IMG/VR virus record: IMGVR_UViG_3300047476_000872 | Span: 1-28,645 of that record | Direction: 5' to 3' (one strand) | Origin: a virus | Taxonomy: Duplodnaviria; Caudoviricetes | DNA length: 28,645 bases | Shown: in pieces, positions 25,426 through 28,645 of the stretch | Numbering within the stretch: the first letter of the stretch is position 1 | Layout of the letters: every line of letters starts with the position of its first letter | Translations under genes and position numbers: made by a program | Notes under the pieces: model-generated | Seen by the model: only the letters and a program-made list of their open reading frames with translations | Told to the model about the DNA's origin: nothing | The model's database searches: none

Positions 25426-26871
25426 TTACTTACTCTCTAACTCTTCAACTCTCTTGCTCAATTCTTTTACTGCTTGGATCAGCACTGCAATGATACCATT
25501 ATAGTTGACTGTCTTGTTTTCACCGTCTGTACCAACAAGTTCTGGTAATACTTTTTCAATGTCCTGAGCGATAACACCAAGTGATGCTTGATCATTTTTC
25601 TTCCACTTGAAGCTTACACCGTTCATTTCATCAATGAAACCTAGAGCATTCTCAATTGGTTTTACATCATACTTGAGTGTTTCATCTGACGTTGAGTTGA
25701 ATATTGTTGAGCTAAGTGTACCTGTAGATGGATTGAATGAAAGAACTGCATCTACGTTTGCTTTTGTCATCGTGCCTGATGTGGAATCTACAAATGTCAC
25801 ATATCGAGTTGCATTTACTGTATCATCAAGAATAGTTGCACCACCAGTAATTGGTGCACCGTTAACATAAAGTGCGGCTGTATTGATTGCACCATTTACA
25901 TCTAGCTTGACACCAAGACCTACTGTAGATGTTGTTCGTCCGATAAGAAGATTTCCGGTATCATCAATACGAATACGTTCTGTTGCACCGAGACCACCAC
26001 TACCACTCCAAAAACTAATATTTGCTACTGCGCCTACAGGACCCCAAGCTAAAATTCTAGCACTATTAAATGATCCAGATGGTGAATAATCAAAAGCAGC
26101 AGCCGAAGTTTTGTTTGCCGCTGTTGCACCAGAAGATACAATAGCACCAGTTGCAGTCAATGATTCTTCTAAAGAAGTAGTACCAATTCCTACTCGGCCG
26201 CTTGCGTCAACAACAAATGGTGTACTATCTGGATTAGCACTATCTTCTACTCTGAATGCTTCACCAGTACCAGTCTGAGTGATACGCAAAGCAGCATTGG
26301 TGTTGTCGGCAACAGAGATGACTAGATTGGATGTATATGTTGTAGAATTGGCTTTTGCAAAAGCTGCTACAGCAATAGTATTTGACGCTGCGCCAATTGT
26401 TTCAGCATAAGCATTAGAAGCGGTTGATCTTGTAGCTGAGATTGTATTTGCCCAACCATTAGCAGCAGCACCAACAGTTATAGTATAGTTGTTACCAGCA
26501 GTACCTACTGCTTGAGCATAAGCATTACCAGCGGTGCCTACTGCCTGTGCATAGGCGTTACCAGCAGTACCAACAGAAGTTGCATATGTATTACCGGCTG
26601 TTCCTACTGTTACGGTATAAGAGTTAGAAGTAGTTAAAATTGAAGAGCCATTAACTAGTATAGCAGAAGCATTAACTGCACCTGCAACATCCAGTTTGAC
26701 ACCTTGACCTACAGTGCTGTCAATACGTCCAATCAACAAGTTGCCAGAAGCATCAAACCTAGCATCTTCAGTATTACCTGTAACAATAGTTAATACATTG
26801 GCACCATTAGCTTGCAGTCTTGTTGTGCCTGCGGCATCAAAGTGTATGTTTGCGACTTTTAATATAGCCAT
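25426..26871 (-). CDS. Tail fibre protein with C-terminal intramolecular chaperone (peptidase S74-like)
   Basis: Ala/Gly/Thr/Asn-rich shaft with SGRVGIGTT and ERIRIDDTGNLLIG. C-terminal TSDETLKYDV...GVSFKWK...GVIAQDIEKVLPELV...VNYNGIIAVLIQAVKEL. Confidence 0.9.
   Translation of the reverse strand: MAILKVANIHFDAAGTTRLQANGANVLTIVTGNTEDARFDASGNLLIGRIDSTVGQGVKLDVAGAVNASAILVNGSSILTTSNSYTVTVGTAGNTYATSVGTAGNAYAQAVGTAGNAYAQAVGTAGNNYTITVGAAANGWANTISATRSTASNAYAETIGAASNTIAVAAFAKANSTTYTSNLVISVADNTNAALRITQTGTGEAFRVEDSANPDSTPFVVDASGRVGIGTTSLEESLTATGAIVSSGATAANKTSAAAFDYSPSGSFNSARILAWGPVGAVANISFWSGSGGLGATERIRIDDTGNLLIGRTTSTVGLGVKLDVNGAINTAALYVNGAPITGGATILDDTVNATRYVTFVDSTSGTMTKANVDAVLSFNPSTGTLSSTIFNSTSDETLKYDVKPIENALGFIDEMNGVSFKWKKNDQASLGVIAQDIEKVLPELVGTDGENKTVNYNGIIAVLIQAVKELSKRVEELESK
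26380..26625 (-). repeat. 33-nt / 11-residue tandem repeat (VGTAGNAYAQA-type) in tail fibre
   Basis: TVGTAGNTYATSVGTAGNAYAQAVGTAGNAYAQAVGTAGNNYTITVGAAANGWANT; boundaries approximate. Confidence 0.85.
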
Positions 26872-26886
26872 TTGTTCTTTATCCTA

Positions 26887-28645
26887 TTACCCTAACATAT
26901 TTATATCACCATAGATCATAATCATTCCATTAGGTAAAATACTCATTGCTGAGCCAAATGATATGACGTTAGAGGTGACGTTGAGTCCTTGAGTTGTTAC
27001 GTTGTCTGAGACGCGAAGTACGCCTGCAAATGTGGTACCAGATGTATTTGGTAGTGCTGCATTAGCTTTTGCAAATGCTGATTCAATACGAGAAATCGCA
27101 TTGATACCGCCGAGAATTAGATTACTTGTTCTCAAATCAGCATTGAGAACGGCAAGTGTCATATTGTTAGACAATGCACCTATATGATTGTTTGTTGGTT
27201 CTTTGTCATATCCTTGGAACAGATAGTACATCTTGTCTTCGTGTTCACGGTATAAGCCTGTATGAACATTAGAACCAGTGGCGTTCACATAGTTTGCGAT
27301 AAATCCAATATCTACAATGTCAGATGTGTAGTTATTGCCAGCAAGATAAATTAGAGGATCATCAATCTGAAGTCTTGTTGCGTCAATGAACACAGTGTTT
27401 CCAGATAGTGTCAGATTACCAACAATATCAAGATCACCAGTTATCGTTTGGTTTGCCGCAGTTAGCTTTACAAAAGTAGAGTTTGCATATCCTTTGGCAT
27501 CTGCACCGACTGTGTTGGCCCATCCATTGGCCGCTGCACCAACAGTTATTGTGTAGTTGTTACCACCAGTACCTACCGACTGGGTATAAGCATTACCTGC
27601 TGTTCCGACTGTTTCAGCATAAGCATTAGATGCTGTGGATCTTGCTGCGGATATTGTATTGGCCCAACCGTTAGCTGCTGCACCAACTGTGACTGTATAG
27701 CTGTTGCCAGCGGTACCTACAGAAGTAGCATATGCATTAGCACCTACACCAGTATTGAATGCTAATAGATTTGCGGCATTAGCTTTATCAAACGCTGCTG
27801 TTACATCAGTGGCGGTACCGTAATAAGATCCATGCTGACCATCAAGAAGATCAGCATCTAAAGTGGATCCCGTACCATCATTACCAGCGTGCCAAATAGT
27901 GCTTCCGTCATATGTAAGAGGACCTGTACCTGCACGACCTAGTGCTTTTGCATCGTCAATACCAAAACTAATGTAACCAATTGATGAATTTTGTTGACCT
28001 TTAATTTTTAGTGAATTGGCTGTATTATAATCACCAATCCAAGCATCATCACCAACTTTGAAATTTTCACTATTGCCATTGTTAGATGATATTATTTTAT
28101 CTGCTACAAGATTTTGACTTGCAGTAAGCGTACCATTAAACCATGCACCTGAAATATTTGGTAAAGCGGCATTGGCCTTGTCAAATGCAGCACTAGCTGT
28201 TGCTCTAGCAGTAGCATCTGTAGATGATGCCGCGGCTAGAAGATCGGTACCAACACCAGCACTTGTAGATGCTAGATTAATAAATGCGCCTCTGGCGTCT
28301 CCACCAGATACAAAAAATCTTAATTGATTTCTAAAGATATCAATGTTTACAGGGCCAGCAAGAAGAGAATTTGTGATTGCATTTGCAAGTCTTATTTCAC
28401 CACCTTCATCACCACTAGCTGCGGTTATTGAAAGAAGACCTGGAATTGCTACATCATCTTTTAGACCTACAGTAATCTTATCATTGACTGCATCACCAAC
28501 AATGCTGATATTGTTACCAGGAGCAAAAGTGAGAATATCGCTAGGTGAATCCGCAACAACTAAAGTAGTATTAGCATTAACCGTGCCAAAAGTATCTGTG
28601 GCTGCCGCAAAGACTGCAATCGTGCCATTAGCCGCCTTGTAGTAG
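26887..28645 (-). CDS. Long tail fibre-like structural protein, 5'-truncated (>=585 aa)
   Basis: The frame of track ORF 26887..27393 has no stop up to the window edge. Translation includes GDEGGEI, FKVGDDAWIGD, WHAGNDGTGSTLDADLLDGQHGSYY, AFDKAN repeats and GNLTLSGNT...IDDPLIYLAGNN..DIVDIGF. Confidence 0.88.
   Translation of the reverse strand, partial: YYKAANGTIAVFAAATDTFGTVNANTTLVVADSPSDILTFAPGNNISIVGDAVNDKITVGLKDDVAIPGLLSITAASGDEGGEIRLANAITNSLLAGPVNIDIFRNQLRFFVSGGDARGAFINLASTSAGVGTDLLAAASSTDATARATASAAFDKANAALPNISGAWFNGTLTASQNLVADKIISSNNGNSENFKVGDDAWIGDYNTANSLKIKGQQNSSIGYISFGIDDAKALGRAGTGPLTYDGSTIWHAGNDGTGSTLDADLLDGQHGSYYGTATDVTAAFDKANAANLLAFNTGVGANAYATSVGTAGNSYTVTVGAAANGWANTISAARSTASNAYAETVGTAGNAYTQSVGTGGNNYTITVGAAANGWANTVGADAKGYANSTFVKLTAANQTITGDLDIVGNLTLSGNTVFIDATRLQIDDPLIYLAGNNYTSDIVDIGFIANYVNATGSNVHTGLYREHEDKMYYLFQGYDKEPTNNHIGALSNNMTLAVLNADLRTSNLILGGINAISRIESAFAKANAALPNTSGTTFAGVLRVSDNVTTQGLNVTSNVISFGSAMSILPNGMIMIYGDINMLG
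27481..27745 (-). repeat. Second copy of the 11-residue VGTAGN(A/S/N)Y repeat module
   Basis: NAYATSVGTAGNSYTVTVGAAANGWANTISAARSTASNAYAETVGTAGNAYTQSVGTGGNNYTITVGAAANGWANT; boundaries approximate. Confidence 0.85.

Noticed and set aside
26887-27393. 168-aa ORF as a stand-alone gene
   Set aside because: The GTG is internal; the frame continues without a stop to the window end.
22153-28642. Plus-strand ORFs antisense to propeller and fibre genes (e.g. 22496..22789, 24417..24698, 28343..28642)
   Set aside because: Antisense mirrors produced by the codon bias and repeats of the real minus-strand genes.
1-28645. tRNA/rRNA genes or alternative genetic code
   Set aside because: Intergenic gaps are too short for such RNAs, and the genes read through in the standard code with TAA, TGA and TAG all used as stops.

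Overview
This window is the virion morphogenesis region of a T4-like (contractile-tailed) dsDNA phage, with almost every gene on the minus strand. In transcription order (right to left) it holds: a 5'-truncated long tail fibre (open to the window edge and under-called by the ORF track), a tail fibre with a C-terminal S74-type chaperone, three 7-bladed RCC1/BLIP-II-like propeller genes with a DUF4376-like gene among them, and a ~7 kb coupled block of glycan-type enzymes (a CxxCxxCC protein, GT25-like, two GT9-like, GT32, three methyltransferase-like, two 2OG-Fe(II)/DUF6445-like). An inverted hldE-hldD (ADP-heptose) cassette follows. Then comes the T4 core: gp13-gp14-gp15-gp16-[2 inserts]-gp17-gp18-gp19-gp20-[ADP-ribosyltransferase-like insert]-gp67-like and a 3'-truncated head-region ORF. 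TATAAATA-type late promoters and one GC-rich hairpin are visible. The best candidate for an undescribed system is a phage-encoded heptose/glycan pathway that may glycosylate the virion; exposed structural proteins are strongly enriched in [A/G/S]-Asn dipeptides. A second candidate is a set of capsid-targeted cargo proteins, including a degenerate ADP-ribosyltransferase. All family calls are from motif recognition by eye; no database search was run.
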